From: an uncultured Planctomycetaceae bacterium
GTDB lineage: Bacteria > Planctomycetota > Planctomycetia > Planctomycetales > Planctomycetaceae
Direction: 5' to 3'
NCBI GenBank assembly: GCA_963976765.1
Contig: CAXBME010000004.1
Span: 62,001-126,000, forward strand
DNA: 64,000 nt
Of the stretch, positions 1 to 10,822 are shown in pieces. Position 1 is the stretch's first letter. Every line of letters begins with the position of its first letter. The notes under the pieces were generated by a model, which was not told the DNA's origin, did no database searches, and saw nothing but the letters and a program-made list of their open reading frames with translations. A program made the translations under genes and the position numbers.

Positions 1-108
1 TTTCGCCCGCCGTCCTGGTGACTCGGAATTAGAGGACGCCGCGGGTGTTGCCGTTTTCAGACCTGATGATTCGCATCAATTGAACAACTTTCACAGGCGG
101 ACTTCGTT

Positions 109-1392
109 GTGAGTGCAACTTCAGTAATCGGGCTTCAGTGGGGTGACGAGGCTAAAGGAAAAATTGTGGACCTGCTGACAGAGCAGCATGACATCGTGGT
201 TCGATACCTCGGTGGCAACAACGCCGGCCACACCGTCATCTTCGGCGGCGAGACCTATAAACTGTCGCTGCTGCCCGCCGGAATTCTGCATGACTCCGTC
301 GTTTCCGTCATCGCAACCGGTGTTGTCATCAACCCGAAAGCCTTCCTGGAAGAGCTCGGCCGGATCGTTGAACGTCGGGGCAATGTTCCTCCGGAACGGA
401 TGCTGATCAGCGACCGAGCCCACGTCATCTTCCCATACCATATGGCCGAGGAAGCTGCGTTTGAAAAAGCTCGCGGGGGAGACGCCATCGGCACGACGAT
501 GCGAGGCATCGGAACCTGCTACCGCGACAAGGCCGGACGAACTCACGCGATTCGAATGGGTGACCTCGTCAATCCAGAACGCCTGCGCCGCCGGCTGGAA
601 GAGATCGTCCCGCAGAAAAACCGAGCCATCGCAGCTCTCGACGACGACTTTACACCGTTCGAAGTCGACGCGATTTTTGACGAGTACTCAAAGTACGCCG
701 ACCAGCTTCGCCCGTACGTTACCGACACAACATCGTACCTGCACAAGGCCGTCGCCGGTGGTAAGAAGCTGCTGTTCGAAGGGGCTCAAGGCTGCCTGCT
801 CGATATCGACCACGGATCGTTTCCGTACGTGACCTCGTCAAACAGCTCTGGCTGCGGTATCCACAGCGGCAGCGGCGTGTCTGAACGAGAAATCTCGAAG
901 ATGATCGGCATTGTCAAAGCCTACACGACACGAGTCGGCGGCGGTCCTTTCCCAACCGAACTCGACGACGAAATCGGCCAGCACATCCGTGACGTCGGCA
1001 ACGAATACGGAACCGTCACTGGCCGGCCTCGTCGTTGCGGCTGGTTTGACGCCGTGGCCACCGGTTACGGAGCACGGCTCAGCGGAGTTGACTGCATTGC
1101 CGTCATGCTGGTCGACGTGCTCGACGGTCTGGACGAAATCAAGATCTGTGAGGCTTACGATTTCAACGGAGTTCGAACAACGGACTTCCCGTCGCACGTC
1201 GAAGACCTGGCTCAGATGAAGCCGATTTACCGAACGGTTCCCGGCTGGAAGAGCGACACTACCGGAGTCCGCAAGCGTGCCGACCTCCCGGCGAACGCAC
1301 TGAAGTACGTCGAGACCGTCGCTGAACTGGTTGGTTACCCCGTCGAAATTATCTCCGTCGGTCCCGACCGCGAACAGACGATTCTCGACTGA
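109..1392 (+). CDS. purA: adenylosuccinate synthetase
   Basis: [10 protein letters not shown]-loop, [19 protein letters not shown] and [16 protein letters not shown] motifs; 427 aa; GTG start. Confidence 0.98.
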   Translation: MSATSVIGLQWGDEAKGKIVDLLTEQHDIVVRYLGGNNAGHTVIFGGETYKLSLLPAGILHDSVVSVIATGVVINPKAFLEELGRIVERRGNVPPERMLISDRAHVIFPYHMAEEAAFEKARGGDAIGTTMRGIGTCYRDKAGRTHAIRMGDLVNPERLRRRLEEIVPQKNRAIAALDDDFTPFEVDAIFDEYSKYADQLRPYVTDTTSYLHKAVAGGKKLLFEGAQGCLLDIDHGSFPYVTSSNSSGCGIHSGSGVSEREISKMIGIVKAYTTRVGGGPFPTELDDEIGQHIRDVGNEYGTVTGRPRRCGWFDAVATGYGARLSGVDCIAVMLVDVLDGLDEIKICEAYDFNGVRTTDFPSHVEDLAQMKPIYRTVPGWKSDTTGVRKRADLPANALKYVETVAELVGYPVEIISVGPDREQTILD

Positions 1393-1443
1393 CGGCTCAA
1401 GTCTGGTACAGGGTGCTCCGTAACTCTCTCGGCGAGTGGCAGT

Positions 1444-3837
1444 ATGATTACTCGATGCCTCGCAATTTTCGTTGTCCTGGTTCTGTCGGAATTGCCAGCG
1501 TTCGCCGAACCGCCACATGTCAGTTACATCTTTCCGGCGGGTGGGCAGCGAGGATCGGAGGTCTCGTTCAAGGTCGGCGGCCACTATCTCCATGAAGGCT
1601 GCCCGTTCAAAATGTCCGGGCCCGGTGTGACCGCGTCAGCTCGAATCGAACGCACGGAAACGGTCTGGTTCGAAGGCCCGCTGATTCCGCAACCAGCATC
1701 CCAACGCAAAGAAGATTACCCAAAGGACTATCTGGGCTCGGTGAAAATTGCGAATGACGCGCCGCTGGGAATCCGACTATGGCGAGTCAACACGTCGCAG
1801 GGTGTCACTTCGCGGATGAAGTTTGTGGTCGGCAATCTTCCCGAGGTCGTCGAAGAAGAAATCGATGGCGAACCAATCCCGGCGAGTGTCCAGCTTCCGG
1901 TCACGATTAACGGGCGCATCTTCCCAAGAGAAGACGTCGACATCTGGACGTTCGAAGCAAAAGCCGGCGAGCGGATCACGTGCGAAGTCAACGCCGCGAG
2001 ACTGGGCTCGCCGCTGGATTCCCGTATCGAAATTCGAACTCCCGATGGCAACGTACTGACAGAAAACGTGGACGCGTTGGGAATCGACTCGTTCGTACAA
2101 TTCGTGGCTCCCAAAGCGGGCCGCTACGAATGCCGAATTCACGACATCGAATTCGGAGGTCTGCAACATTACGTCTACCGTCTGACGATTCGAAAAGGAC
2201 CGCATCTCGAATCGGTTTACCCGTTGGGCGGACAGCGAGGCGACGCGGTCAATCTGCAACTTTCCGGCTCAGACCTCCCAACGGCACAAGCAACCCTCGC
2301 CATCCCCGAAGATGCAGAGCGACAATTCAACCTGAGCCTGACGGACGTCGCCTCAAACGCCGTTACATTCGTAACGGGCGACTTGCCCGAGCATCTGGAA
2401 GTCGAACCAAACGACGTTACGGATACGGTGACGGCAGAGGCGGTGCCCGTCAAATCGGGGATGGTTTTCAACGGTCGCATCGACAAACCAGGCGACGTCG
2501 ACCTGTTCCACTTTTCGGCGGAAGCGGGCAGAACACTTCTGCTGGAAGTTCAGTCGTCTCGACTGGGGATGGATCTGGATTCGATCCTCAGCGTTCTGTC
2601 GAGCGACGGCAAACAGCTCAAAACCAACGACGACCTCGCTGGCGGCATTCCTGATTCGCGACTTGTCTGGAAAGTCCCGGACGGCGAAACCTTCTTTCTG
2701 AAAATCCGCGACCAGTTTGATCACCGCGGCGGAAGTCGCTTTGCCTACCGAATCTCGGTCTCCGAAGTTTCCGAGCAGCACTTCGAGCTGAAGCTCCCCA
2801 TTGACACGGTAAACATCGAGCAAGGGTCAGAAACCAAACTCAAGATTGGCATCGATCGATCGTTCGGCTTCAAAGGCGAAATTGAACTAACGGTCGAAGG
2901 TCTGCCCGACGGGGTTACCGCTGAAGCTGTGAAGATCGCAAAGAATCGACAGGACGCTCAACTGATCATCAAAGTCGCCGAGTCCACGAAACCTCAAATT
3001 GCCGAACTGAAAGTTGTCGGCAGAACACTCGATGTCGAACCGGAACGAAAGCAGGAAGCCGCTTTCGCCGCGACAGCTGACGAGCAACCCGTCGTGGGCC
3101 TGACTTTGGGAGTGGCCATCAAAACGCCGTTCCGGATCCACTCGCCATTCGAAACACGTTACGCCTCGCGAGGAACCACCTACACACGGCGTTACTACAT
3201 TGACCGGGGCGGATTCGAAGGACCAATTGAAGTTGAGCCTGCCGACCGTCAGGTCCGACATCTGCAAGGCGTCACCGGCGACAAAATCATTGTGCCATCT
3301 GGGGAGTCAGAATTCGACTACACCGTCAGCCTGCCGCCATGGATGGAGATCGGTCGGACGAGCCGTTTCTGTCTGATGGGCTCGGCATTCGTCGAGGACC
3401 AGGCCGGCACAAAACATCGAGTCAGTTTTTCATCACACGCGCAGGACGATCAGGTGATCGTGCTCGTCGATCCCGTCCGCATCAGCCTTCAGCTTCCGTC
3501 TTCAACATTCGTTGTGAATCGTGGAGGTTCGATCGAAATTCCGGTCAAGGTTGTACGAGGAACCGGTCTCTCAGGGGACATTCGAATCCACGTTTCGGCA
3601 CCGCCTCACCTCAAAGGCTGGTCAGCGCCGCCGTTCGTCATTGCCGCCAACGATGACGCCAGCCTGTTGAAGCTGCACGTCGTGCAGAATTCAAGCGACG
3701 TATTCAACGCACCACTCATCGTGCATGCAGAAATGGAAGATGCAGATGGCAAGCCCGTCCGAACTGAGTCGCGAATTTACATTCGCTTTCGAGACGACCA
3801 AGCCGTCAGTCAACGATCAGGCGGCAAGAGTCAATAG
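1444..3837 (+). CDS. secreted planctomycete PPC (pre-peptidase C-terminal) domain protein
   Basis: Signal peptide (MITRCLAIFVVLVLSELPAFA); FPAGGQRG/YPLGGQRG repeats; ExEPND; two NGRI..D.D.(W/F).F PPC modules with RLGSPLDS-type motifs. Confidence 0.85.
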   Translation: MITRCLAIFVVLVLSELPAFAEPPHVSYIFPAGGQRGSEVSFKVGGHYLHEGCPFKMSGPGVTASARIERTETVWFEGPLIPQPASQRKEDYPKDYLGSVKIANDAPLGIRLWRVNTSQGVTSRMKFVVGNLPEVVEEEIDGEPIPASVQLPVTINGRIFPREDVDIWTFEAKAGERITCEVNAARLGSPLDSRIEIRTPDGNVLTENVDALGIDSFVQFVAPKAGRYECRIHDIEFGGLQHYVYRLTIRKGPHLESVYPLGGQRGDAVNLQLSGSDLPTAQATLAIPEDAERQFNLSLTDVASNAVTFVTGDLPEHLEVEPNDVTDTVTAEAVPVKSGMVFNGRIDKPGDVDLFHFSAEAGRTLLLEVQSSRLGMDLDSILSVLSSDGKQLKTNDDLAGGIPDSRLVWKVPDGETFFLKIRDQFDHRGGSRFAYRISVSEVSEQHFELKLPIDTVNIEQGSETKLKIGIDRSFGFKGEIELTVEGLPDGVTAEAVKIAKNRQDAQLIIKVAESTKPQIAELKVVGRTLDVEPERKQEAAFAATADEQPVVGLTLGVAIKTPFRIHSPFETRYASRGTTYTRRYYIDRGGFEGPIEVEPADRQVRHLQGVTGDKIIVPSGESEFDYTVSLPPWMEIGRTSRFCLMGSAFVEDQAGTKHRVSFSSHAQDDQVIVLVDPVRISLQLPSSTFVVNRGGSIEIPVKVVRGTGLSGDIRIHVSAPPHLKGWSAPPFVIAANDDASLLKLHVVQNSSDVFNAPLIVHAEMEDADGKPVRTESRIYIRFRDDQAVSQRSGGKSQ

Positions 3838-3880
3838 AGTACGTCAAGCGTTTCGAAATTCTCTAGAACGATGACGCGAC

Positions 3881-4420
3881 ATGAGCAACAGTCAGAATCA
3901 ATCCAGCAAGCCGGCTGATGACTCTTCGAAAGTTGCCGAGTTCATGCAGACGGCGACCGCATGGCACGAGGCCGGACATGCGGTGATGGCTGTGTCGTTG
4001 GGACGCTCGATTGAGAAAGTCACGATCTCGCCAGCTCAAATGCAGACTGGCGGCAGCCGGCTGGGCATCTGCAAGATTCAAAAGGGACGCTCGAAGGCGT
4101 CGAACGATCGCCTCGAAGAAGACGTCATGATTCTGCTGGCCGGGATGGTTGGGGAGAGCCGTTTTACAGGCCGCTACTGCGTTGACGGAGCCGCTCAGGA
4201 TCTTGCATTTGTCGAGCGGCTGCTTTCCACTCGAGCGAACAACGGGCGTCAACTGGAACGTCTAACTCGTCGCATGCTCGACAAAACCGAGCACGTACTC
4301 GCTGAAGAAAGGCACTTCGAAGCCATCAAGCTGATCGCAAACGAGCTTGTCACCAAAGTAACAGTCAGCGGTCGCGCTGTCCGTCATTTCTTCGAACAGG
4401 CGACGCGCGGATCAAAATGA
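3881..4420 (+). CDS. stand-alone FtsH/M41-like zinc metallopeptidase domain protein
   Basis: TAWHEAGHAV (HExxH), LLAGMVGE and GAAQDL resemble FtsH protease-domain motifs; no AAA+ domain; 179 aa. Confidence 0.75.
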   Translation: MSNSQNQSSKPADDSSKVAEFMQTATAWHEAGHAVMAVSLGRSIEKVTISPAQMQTGGSRLGICKIQKGRSKASNDRLEEDVMILLAGMVGESRFTGRYCVDGAAQDLAFVERLLSTRANNGRQLERLTRRMLDKTEHVLAEERHFEAIKLIANELVTKVTVSGRAVRHFFEQATRGSK

Positions 4421-4656
4421 CGTCAAATCTGTTGCCGTTGCGAGCGACGGTTCCGTGAAGGAAAAGGAATTCCTGTATACAGACGCCGACCACGGCTGCC
4501 TGCCAGGCAATTAATCGAACAACTGATTGACTGGCTACATTCGTCGATCGATTGAGCCGTCCGTCATCGGGCGCTTTCAAGCGAGCTTGTCGCCTCACTC
4601 GGATCGGCCTTAAGCTGGTCGGCTTCTTCTACTGACAGAAGTGCCCGGAGCCTGCC

Positions 4657-5688
4657 ATGAGTCGAATCGTCTTTGTGATTCTGCTGACATTGATTGCCTG
4701 CCTGACGACGTCGCCAGCTGACGCTGCCAAGCGGAAAAAAGATCCTCGCGTTGTCCAGGCGGTGAATCGCGCGTTGGATTACCTCGCCCGGGAACAGCGG
4801 CGGCAGGGCTATTGGGAAGCCAACGGAGGACAGTATCGAGTCGCCATGACAGCTCTTGCCGGCAACGCGTTTTTGTGCGAAGGCTCGACAACAACTCGTG
4901 GTCGCTATGCGAAGAACGTCCGACTGGCCGTCGACTACCTCATGGAAATGTCTCGTCCCAACGGGCTGATCGGTTTCAAGGAAGACTACCACTACACCTA
5001 CGGACACGGATTTTCGATGCTGTTCCTGTCCCAGGTGTTTGGCGAGGAGGAAGACGTCGAGCGTCGCGAAGAACTGAAGAAAGTTCTAACCAGAGCTGTT
5101 GAATTCAGTGCTCAGGCTCAGACGAGCCGCGGCGGTTGGGGATACGTTTCGGCCAAAGATCAGCCAAACTTCGACGAAGGCTCCACGTGCATTACTCAGG
5201 TGCAGGGATTGCGGGCTTGCCGAAATGCCGGCATCGCCGTCCCGGCCGAGGTCATCGAAAAAGCCATTAAGTACATTGAAGACTGCACGACTCCGGACGG
5301 CGGAGTCCAGTACAGCATTCGTGGCGGAGGGCCTCGACCACCCATCACAGCGGCAGCCGTCGCAGCCATGTTCAACGCGGGCGAGTACGAATCGAAAACC
5401 GTCGCCAGAATGATGTCGTACTGCGAGCGGAATATCGATCCGGGAAAAACAACATCGCAGTTCTTCGGCCACTGGCACTACACGCACTATTACTACTCGC
5501 AGGTGAAGTACCGCCTGGGAGACGAAGCCTGGGACAAATACTTCGATGACGTCAGCAAAGAGATCCTGCGTAAGCAGTCAGCATCCGGAGCCTGGAAAGA
5601 AACGCACATCGGCGACGTCTACCCCACGGCCATGAACGCGACGATTCTGCAGCTGGACAATGGCTATCTTCCGATTTACCAGCGATAG
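4657..5688 (+). CDS. secreted prenyltransferase/squalene-oxidase-repeat (alpha/alpha barrel) protein
   Basis: Signal peptide; repeated Q..(D/R)G(G/Y)W-type motifs (EQRRQGYW, AQTSRGGWGY, KQSASGAW); LRACRNAGI. Confidence 0.85.
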   Translation: MSRIVFVILLTLIACLTTSPADAAKRKKDPRVVQAVNRALDYLAREQRRQGYWEANGGQYRVAMTALAGNAFLCEGSTTTRGRYAKNVRLAVDYLMEMSRPNGLIGFKEDYHYTYGHGFSMLFLSQVFGEEEDVERREELKKVLTRAVEFSAQAQTSRGGWGYVSAKDQPNFDEGSTCITQVQGLRACRNAGIAVPAEVIEKAIKYIEDCTTPDGGVQYSIRGGGPRPPITAAAVAAMFNAGEYESKTVARMMSYCERNIDPGKTTSQFFGHWHYTHYYYSQVKYRLGDEAWDKYFDDVSKEILRKQSASGAWKETHIGDVYPTAMNATILQLDNGYLPIYQR

Positions 5689-5823
5689 ACCATTTTCATG
5701 GATTCTGTGCAGGAGCAGGCACCTGGACTCGCCATCGTTTCCGTTGTGCCCATCCTGCAGAACACTGGAAACGAATTCTGACAGTGCTCCAGCTCGCTGC
5801 TTTGCGTGGGTTGTTCGGACAGA

Positions 5824-6609
5824 CTACTTCGGTAACACGCCGCGCGCGACTTCGTCTTCCCATTCGTCAAGCAGTGGCCAATCGACCGCGCAGGTTCCGA
5901 AGTCGGCCATGTGCTGATACCCGTCCAGGCGGGCGATTGTCGAATCGAGCTGAGCGTTGTCCTTTCGGAACGGCGGTCCATGACTGGGCAGCAGCCATTC
6001 CACATCGCTGTCTCGAATTCGAGTCAGCGACTCGATGAAATCCGGAATGTCGGAACCGTGATGGGCGTCGATGTTGCCGACACAGCCGTCCCGGTAAATG
6101 TTGTCCGCACAGAACAGCAAATTGTCCAGCCGGAAGGAAAGCATGCCGTCTGTGTGTCCCGGAGTGTGCCAGACATCGAGCGTTTTCGAGCCGAGAGCCA
6201 GCGTTTCCCCTTCGTTGATGATCCGGTCAAGTGAAAGAGTCGGCAGATCGATCGAGATATCCTGTGCGGAAATCTCAGCATAAGTCACGATGCGATCGCC
6301 ATCCTTGAGCAGCCGTGCGGATTCCGGATGCCCGATTGTTTCGGCCTGTGGAAGCAGTTCTTTGGCTCTCTTCAGACCTTGAATGTGGTCAACATCCGCG
6401 TGTGTCGCAACGAGGTACCGGCAATTTGCCAGTGAGAAATCCATTTGTCGGATGAGTTCGATGATTTCCTCAACGGTATCTTCGTAACCGATGTCAATGA
6501 GCATCCAGTCCGGGCCGTCGAACACAAGATAGACGCAGCAGCCAAGCCGCTTCCGCGCCTGATAATTCATTTCGATGACGTTCGGAAAAATTTCCGTGCG
6601 ATCAATCAT
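5824..6609 (-). CDS. metallo-beta-lactamase-fold hydrolase
   Basis: LIDIG, THADVDH, HTPGHT and LPSHG motifs. Confidence 0.88.
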   Translation of the reverse strand: MIDRTEIFPNVIEMNYQARKRLGCCVYLVFDGPDWMLIDIGYEDTVEEIIELIRQMDFSLANCRYLVATHADVDHIQGLKRAKELLPQAETIGHPESARLLKDGDRIVTYAEISAQDISIDLPTLSLDRIINEGETLALGSKTLDVWHTPGHTDGMLSFRLDNLLFCADNIYRDGCVGNIDAHHGSDIPDFIESLTRIRDSDVEWLLPSHGPPFRKDNAQLDSTIARLDGYQHMADFGTCAVDWPLLDEWEDEVARGVLPK

Positions 6610-6717
6610 GGGAACTTCGCTTATTTTCTGGACGGTGTGTGTTGTTCGAATTGCCTGAGCAAGAAATTACGACACAGAGTTCTTTGAGATAAAACAGGAT
6701 TACCATGCCTCAATTTC

Positions 6718-7707
6718 TCAGCTGTTGCCATTACCTTTGAGGACTTCAGCTTTGACCTTCGGCGGCTTCTGCTTCAATTCGAAGATTCTCTCTTCGAGGC
6801 GGGAAATGATTGGCAGAAAATCGTCGACTTCTTTGGCGTTATTTCCCTGTTCATGCTTTCGGAACAGAAAGAGGTACGTGACGTTCTGCGGCCGCCAGCG
6901 ATGAAAGTACATCTCGTTCTTTTCGACAATCGCCTGTCGGAGCTCCTCAACATCGAGCATGGCGACGGACGGACCAAATTCTGTGCTCGGAATTTCAGAT
7001 GACAAATCGCCCGTCAGAGTCCGGGCGAAGATCGTCGACACAATGCCGTAGCCGAAGTTTGTCAGGTGGACGCCTTCCTCGGTAATCTGTTTTGAGCTGA
7101 ACAGGCTCAGTTTCTGTTCGACAGGAGACCAGACATCAATGAAATGAAGCGAACGATCATCGGCCAGCTGCTTAACTGCGTCGACGAACTGCTTGCGGAC
7201 GACGTTGTGTTGATCAGGCTTCGGCAGTGGCGGCCCCGCGTTGAAAAGCGGCAGAGGCGACACGAGAACAAGCCGGGCATTGGTCGACGAAAGATCGTCC
7301 AGCAGTTGGCCGTACTGCTTGACGAAAGTGTCGATGTACCCTGGACCGTTGAAGGCCTCGTTGCCTCCATAGTTGAGCATGATGACAGTTGGCTTCAATT
7401 CGCGGACCTGCTCCAGCATCCGAGCGTAGCCTTTGGCTGGAGGATCAAAGATTCCCCTCGACTCGGCGAAGACCGTATCGCCACTCCAGCCCAGATTTCG
7501 AAAGCGGATATTTTCTTTCGGAAACTGAACCTGAATGGCAGTTTCCAGCCAACCGTAGCGCTGAGCTCGTTCAAAAAACGTATCGCCCAGCAGAACAACG
7601 CGATCGCCATTGACGAGCTGAAACGACGGGGCTGACTCAGCACTTTGAATTCTGAGTACGGTCATTGCAAAGATCACAAGAGCTGCAGAATGCAGATATC
7701 TCAACAT
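6718..7707 (-). CDS. secreted SGNH/GDSL-family hydrolase-like protein
   Basis: LLGDTFFE (block I), RNLGWSGDT (block II), YGGNE (block III), EGVHLT (block V); start moved to the ATG before the signal peptide. Confidence 0.8.
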   Translation of the reverse strand: MLRYLHSAALVIFAMTVLRIQSAESAPSFQLVNGDRVVLLGDTFFERAQRYGWLETAIQVQFPKENIRFRNLGWSGDTVFAESRGIFDPPAKGYARMLEQVRELKPTVIMLNYGGNEAFNGPGYIDTFVKQYGQLLDDLSSTNARLVLVSPLPLFNAGPPLPKPDQHNVVRKQFVDAVKQLADDRSLHFIDVWSPVEQKLSLFSSKQITEEGVHLTNFGYGIVSTIFARTLTGDLSSEIPSTEFGPSVAMLDVEELRQAIVEKNEMYFHRWRPQNVTYLFLFRKHEQGNNAKEVDDFLPIISRLEERIFELKQKPPKVKAEVLKGNGNS

Positions 7708-7808
7708 GGCAGCGTCCATTTTCACTTGCAGAGCGGGCAGTGCCCACCAACTTGAAAAGTGCTGATGGGCAGCGCCCACCCTACTGATTTGACAGATTCT
7801 ACGATGAA

Positions 7809-8684
7809 CTATTCCGGATAGCTCTCTTTAACAACCGGGTTGGTCAGAGTTCCGATTCCGGTAATTTCGATGGAGACCGAGTCGCCGTCGAACAGCGTGA
7901 ATTCGTCGGGAGGCACAATACCCGTGCCGGTCATCATGAATGCTCCGTTAGGGATGTCGTTTTCTCGAGTCAGCCATTGAATCAGATCTTTGAATTCTCG
8001 TGCCATCTGGCCGAGATTCGTTTCGCCTTTGAAAACCGACTTGCCGGATCGCTCGATCGTCAGTTTGATGACGGTCGCTTCTTTGTTGAGCTTGTCTTCT
8101 GCCAACTGGATGCACGGCCCCAGACCTGCACACTGGTTGTAGACTTTAGCCTGCGGCAAGTAGAGCGGGTTTTCGCCTTCGATATCCCGAGCCGACATAT
8201 CATTGCCGATGGTATATCCGACCAGATTCCCATTCGGTGAAATTACCAGCGTGAACTCAGGCTCGGGAACCGACCATTTACTGTCGTGTCGAACTCGGAC
8301 GACCTGTCCAGGGCCGGAGACTCGGGCAGCGTTCGCTTTGAAAAATATCTCGGGACGATCAGCCGTGTAGACCATGTCGTAGTGGGACGCTCCGGCTTCA
8401 GACTCTTCCATGCGAGCCACCTGGCTTCGCTTGTAAGTCACTCCAGCCGCCCAGACCTCTTGCTGGTCAATCGGTGCCAGAAAACGAACTTCGTTGATTG
8501 GAATTGGCTGAGCATTCGGATCGATCAGGAACTTCGCCAGCCCAAACGGATCAGGCGAATGCAGGATGTCACAGAGCTTGCGGCACTTCTCGACCTGACT
8601 CAAATCAAGCGGCTGCACGTTGTCGTCGTTGACCGCGACGATGACAACTTCTCCGTTCGATGGCGCTACCCTGGCGAGTCTCAT
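7809..8684 (-). CDS. fumarylacetoacetate hydrolase family protein (2-keto-3-deoxy-pentonate dehydratase-like)
   Basis: EVWAAGVTY, RPEIFFK, PEPE, GNDMSARDIEGENPLYLPQAK and MTGTGIVPP motifs. Confidence 0.9.
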   Translation of the reverse strand: MRLARVAPSNGEVVIVAVNDDNVQPLDLSQVEKCRKLCDILHSPDPFGLAKFLIDPNAQPIPINEVRFLAPIDQQEVWAAGVTYKRSQVARMEESEAGASHYDMVYTADRPEIFFKANAARVSGPGQVVRVRHDSKWSVPEPEFTLVISPNGNLVGYTIGNDMSARDIEGENPLYLPQAKVYNQCAGLGPCIQLAEDKLNKEATVIKLTIERSGKSVFKGETNLGQMAREFKDLIQWLTRENDIPNGAFMMTGTGIVPPDEFTLFDGDSVSIEITGIGTLTNPVVKESYPE

Positions 8685-8756
8685 GAGCTGAACCTTTTTG
8701 GTGATATCTGTGACTGAGCGTCCTGTTGCCGCAACCGTCGTTTAACATTGATGGCG

Positions 8757-9749
8757 TCAGCGACCCTGTGACTCAAGATAGTCGAGTGTGACCTGCATGT
8801 CCGGTGGCAATGGTGCCTCAATCGTCATCTCATTTCCACTCTGCGGGTGTCGAAATGTCAATCGCATTGCATGCAGAGCCTGCCTCTGAATGAGGATCGT
8901 GTTTCCGGTAGCGGCATCGCATTGCGGATTAAGGTCCGACGGAGTCACCTGCGACCGACCTCGATAGAGACTGTCCGCGAGAATCGGGTGGCCGAGGTGG
9001 CTCATATGAACGCGCAGCTGGTGAGTCCGACCGGTCTTCGGGAGCAGCCTGACGTACGTCGCCTTCTTGAATCGCTCGATGACCTCGTACCGAGTGGTGG
9101 CTTCTCGTGAATTGCCGCCCGGCTCGCAAACCTGCATTTTTTCGCGTTTGCCCGGATGAACAGACATGTGAGTCTCGATCGTGTCGGAGTCAAAGTCCGG
9201 GCACCCCCAGACCAGTGCGCGATATTCTTTGGTGACTTCTCGTTTTTCAAACTGGCTGCTGAGTCGACTGTGAATCTGATTGTCCTTCGCGACGATAATG
9301 ACGCCCGTCGTGTCGCGGTCCAGTCGGTGGACAATGCCTGGCCTGAGTTGCCCGGCCATGTCGCTGAGCTGGTCAAAGTGAAACTGCAACGCTCCGGCCA
9401 TCGTTCCGTGATAGTTGCCTCGCCCAGGATGCACGATCATGTTGGCCGCTTTGTTGAGAACGACCAGACTGTCGTCTTCGTAAAGAATCTCAAGCGGAAT
9501 GTCTTCAGCAGGAAGTGACGAATCCGACTCTTCGGGCAGCTTGACGCTCAGAGAATCGTTGACCCGCAGTCGTCGTCCAGTCTTGGCTGGCAAACCGTTA
9601 AGCAGGACCGCCCCCTGATTGATCGCCTTTTGAAAAGCCGACCGACTGTAGTTTGGGTAAAGCCGCGCGAGGTAATGGTCGATCCGCCAGCCATGAGCGC
9701 GAGCTTCCACTGTGATACTGATCGCCTCGTTGGCTGAAAGTTCGCTCAT
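8757..9749 (-). CDS. rluD: RluA/RluD family 23S rRNA pseudouridine synthase
   Basis: N-terminal S4 domain (RIDHYLA), VHRLDRDTTG catalytic motif, TGRTHQLRVH, RQALHA. Confidence 0.9.
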   Translation of the reverse strand: MSELSANEAISITVEARAHGWRIDHYLARLYPNYSRSAFQKAINQGAVLLNGLPAKTGRRLRVNDSLSVKLPEESDSSLPAEDIPLEILYEDDSLVVLNKAANMIVHPGRGNYHGTMAGALQFHFDQLSDMAGQLRPGIVHRLDRDTTGVIIVAKDNQIHSRLSSQFEKREVTKEYRALVWGCPDFDSDTIETHMSVHPGKREKMQVCEPGGNSREATTRYEVIERFKKATYVRLLPKTGRTHQLRVHMSHLGHPILADSLYRGRSQVTPSDLNPQCDAATGNTILIQRQALHAMRLTFRHPQSGNEMTIEAPLPPDMQVTLDYLESQGR

Positions 9750-10600
9750 TCCTTCGGACTTGACTCACCGGCTGCGTCATCCGTCACGGCTGCGTCGCCT
9801 GCGGGAGAACTGCCGGCAGCAGCACCGTCCGCCGGAACCGCCGCATCGCCTCCAGCGGGAATTTCAAACGGCGGCGCATCGTCGATCTTCAGCTCAGACC
9901 AGTCAGCAGGAAACAGCTCTTCCGGAATCGGTGGCAGCGTAACTGGCAATTCGGGATGCCCTGAAGGAAGACCATCCTGCGGTCGCGCTCGGTCTTCTGG
10001 CTTCGGAGACTGTTTAGAAAACCACGCATAGAACGACTGGGTACTGCCCTTCTTCAATGCCTCAATTCGACTGTCGACAAGCGACGCGTAGATCGAATTC
10101 GGAATACCTTTGACTTTTTCGTAGGCAGCAATGGCCTTATCCATATTCCCATCTGAGGTCGCTTCGAACAGCCGCGCCTGGCCGAGCAGTGCTCGCTCAC
10201 GGGCAGCTGGCGGCAGGTTCGCACTGCTGAGAACTGACTCCAGTGCTTCACCGGCTTTCTTGAATTGTCCGTTCGCGGCCGCTCGATCACTGAACTGAAG
10301 CTGGACGGCTTCACGAAGCAGCATTTCACCTTCTGTGAGGCGAGCCCAGACGGCCACGTCGGTGCCGGGGAAATCGGAAGCTACGTTTGCGAAATCGGCA
10401 GCAGCCTGAGCCGCTGCGAATTTTGACCATCGCTCTTCCGCGCCGGCCTGACCATTATTCGCCACATAAGACGCCGCCCCGAATACAATCAACAACGCGA
10501 CGACACCAAAGGCGATCTGCTTGCCATATTGCTCGATGATGTGTGGGCCGTGTTCGGCTGCTTCAGTTCCGTGAAGTTGCTGCGGTTCACCTGTGCTCAT
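9746..10600 (-). CDS. membrane-anchored TPR-like protein (YfgM-like)
   Basis: Single N-terminal TM helix, helical TPR-like body, Pro/acidic low-complexity tail; 4-bp overlap with the rluD start. Confidence 0.6.
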   Translation of the reverse strand: MSTGEPQQLHGTEAAEHGPHIIEQYGKQIAFGVVALLIVFGAASYVANNGQAGAEERWSKFAAAQAAADFANVASDFPGTDVAVWARLTEGEMLLREAVQLQFSDRAAANGQFKKAGEALESVLSSANLPPAARERALLGQARLFEATSDGNMDKAIAAYEKVKGIPNSIYASLVDSRIEALKKGSTQSFYAWFSKQSPKPEDRARPQDGLPSGHPELPVTLPPIPEELFPADWSELKIDDAPPFEIPAGGDAAVPADGAAAGSSPAGDAAVTDDAAGESSPKE

Positions 10601-10752
10601 CGAGCGTGCCTTGCCTTACAGAAATAATTCGAAAGTCCACTGCATCCTGAAATGCGGACCTGCCGCCGATCGGTGCATCGAGAGATCCCTCGACACAGGC
10701 GGTCATGGCCAACTTCAGAAGTTCCACACCTGCAAAGTCAGCCTGCAAGGTG

Positions 10753-10782
10753 AGTATAGGGGCGGCTGTTTTTGACCGTCAA
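10753..10782 (-). promoter_or_regulatory. putative sigma-70 promoter for the TPR-protein/rluD operon
   Basis: Minus strand reads TTGACG-N18-TATACT about 150 nt upstream of the 10600 start. Confidence 0.65.
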
Positions 10783-10822
10783 GCAGCGATCCAACGCTGG
10801 CTGAGGCAAAGCGAATCGCGAC

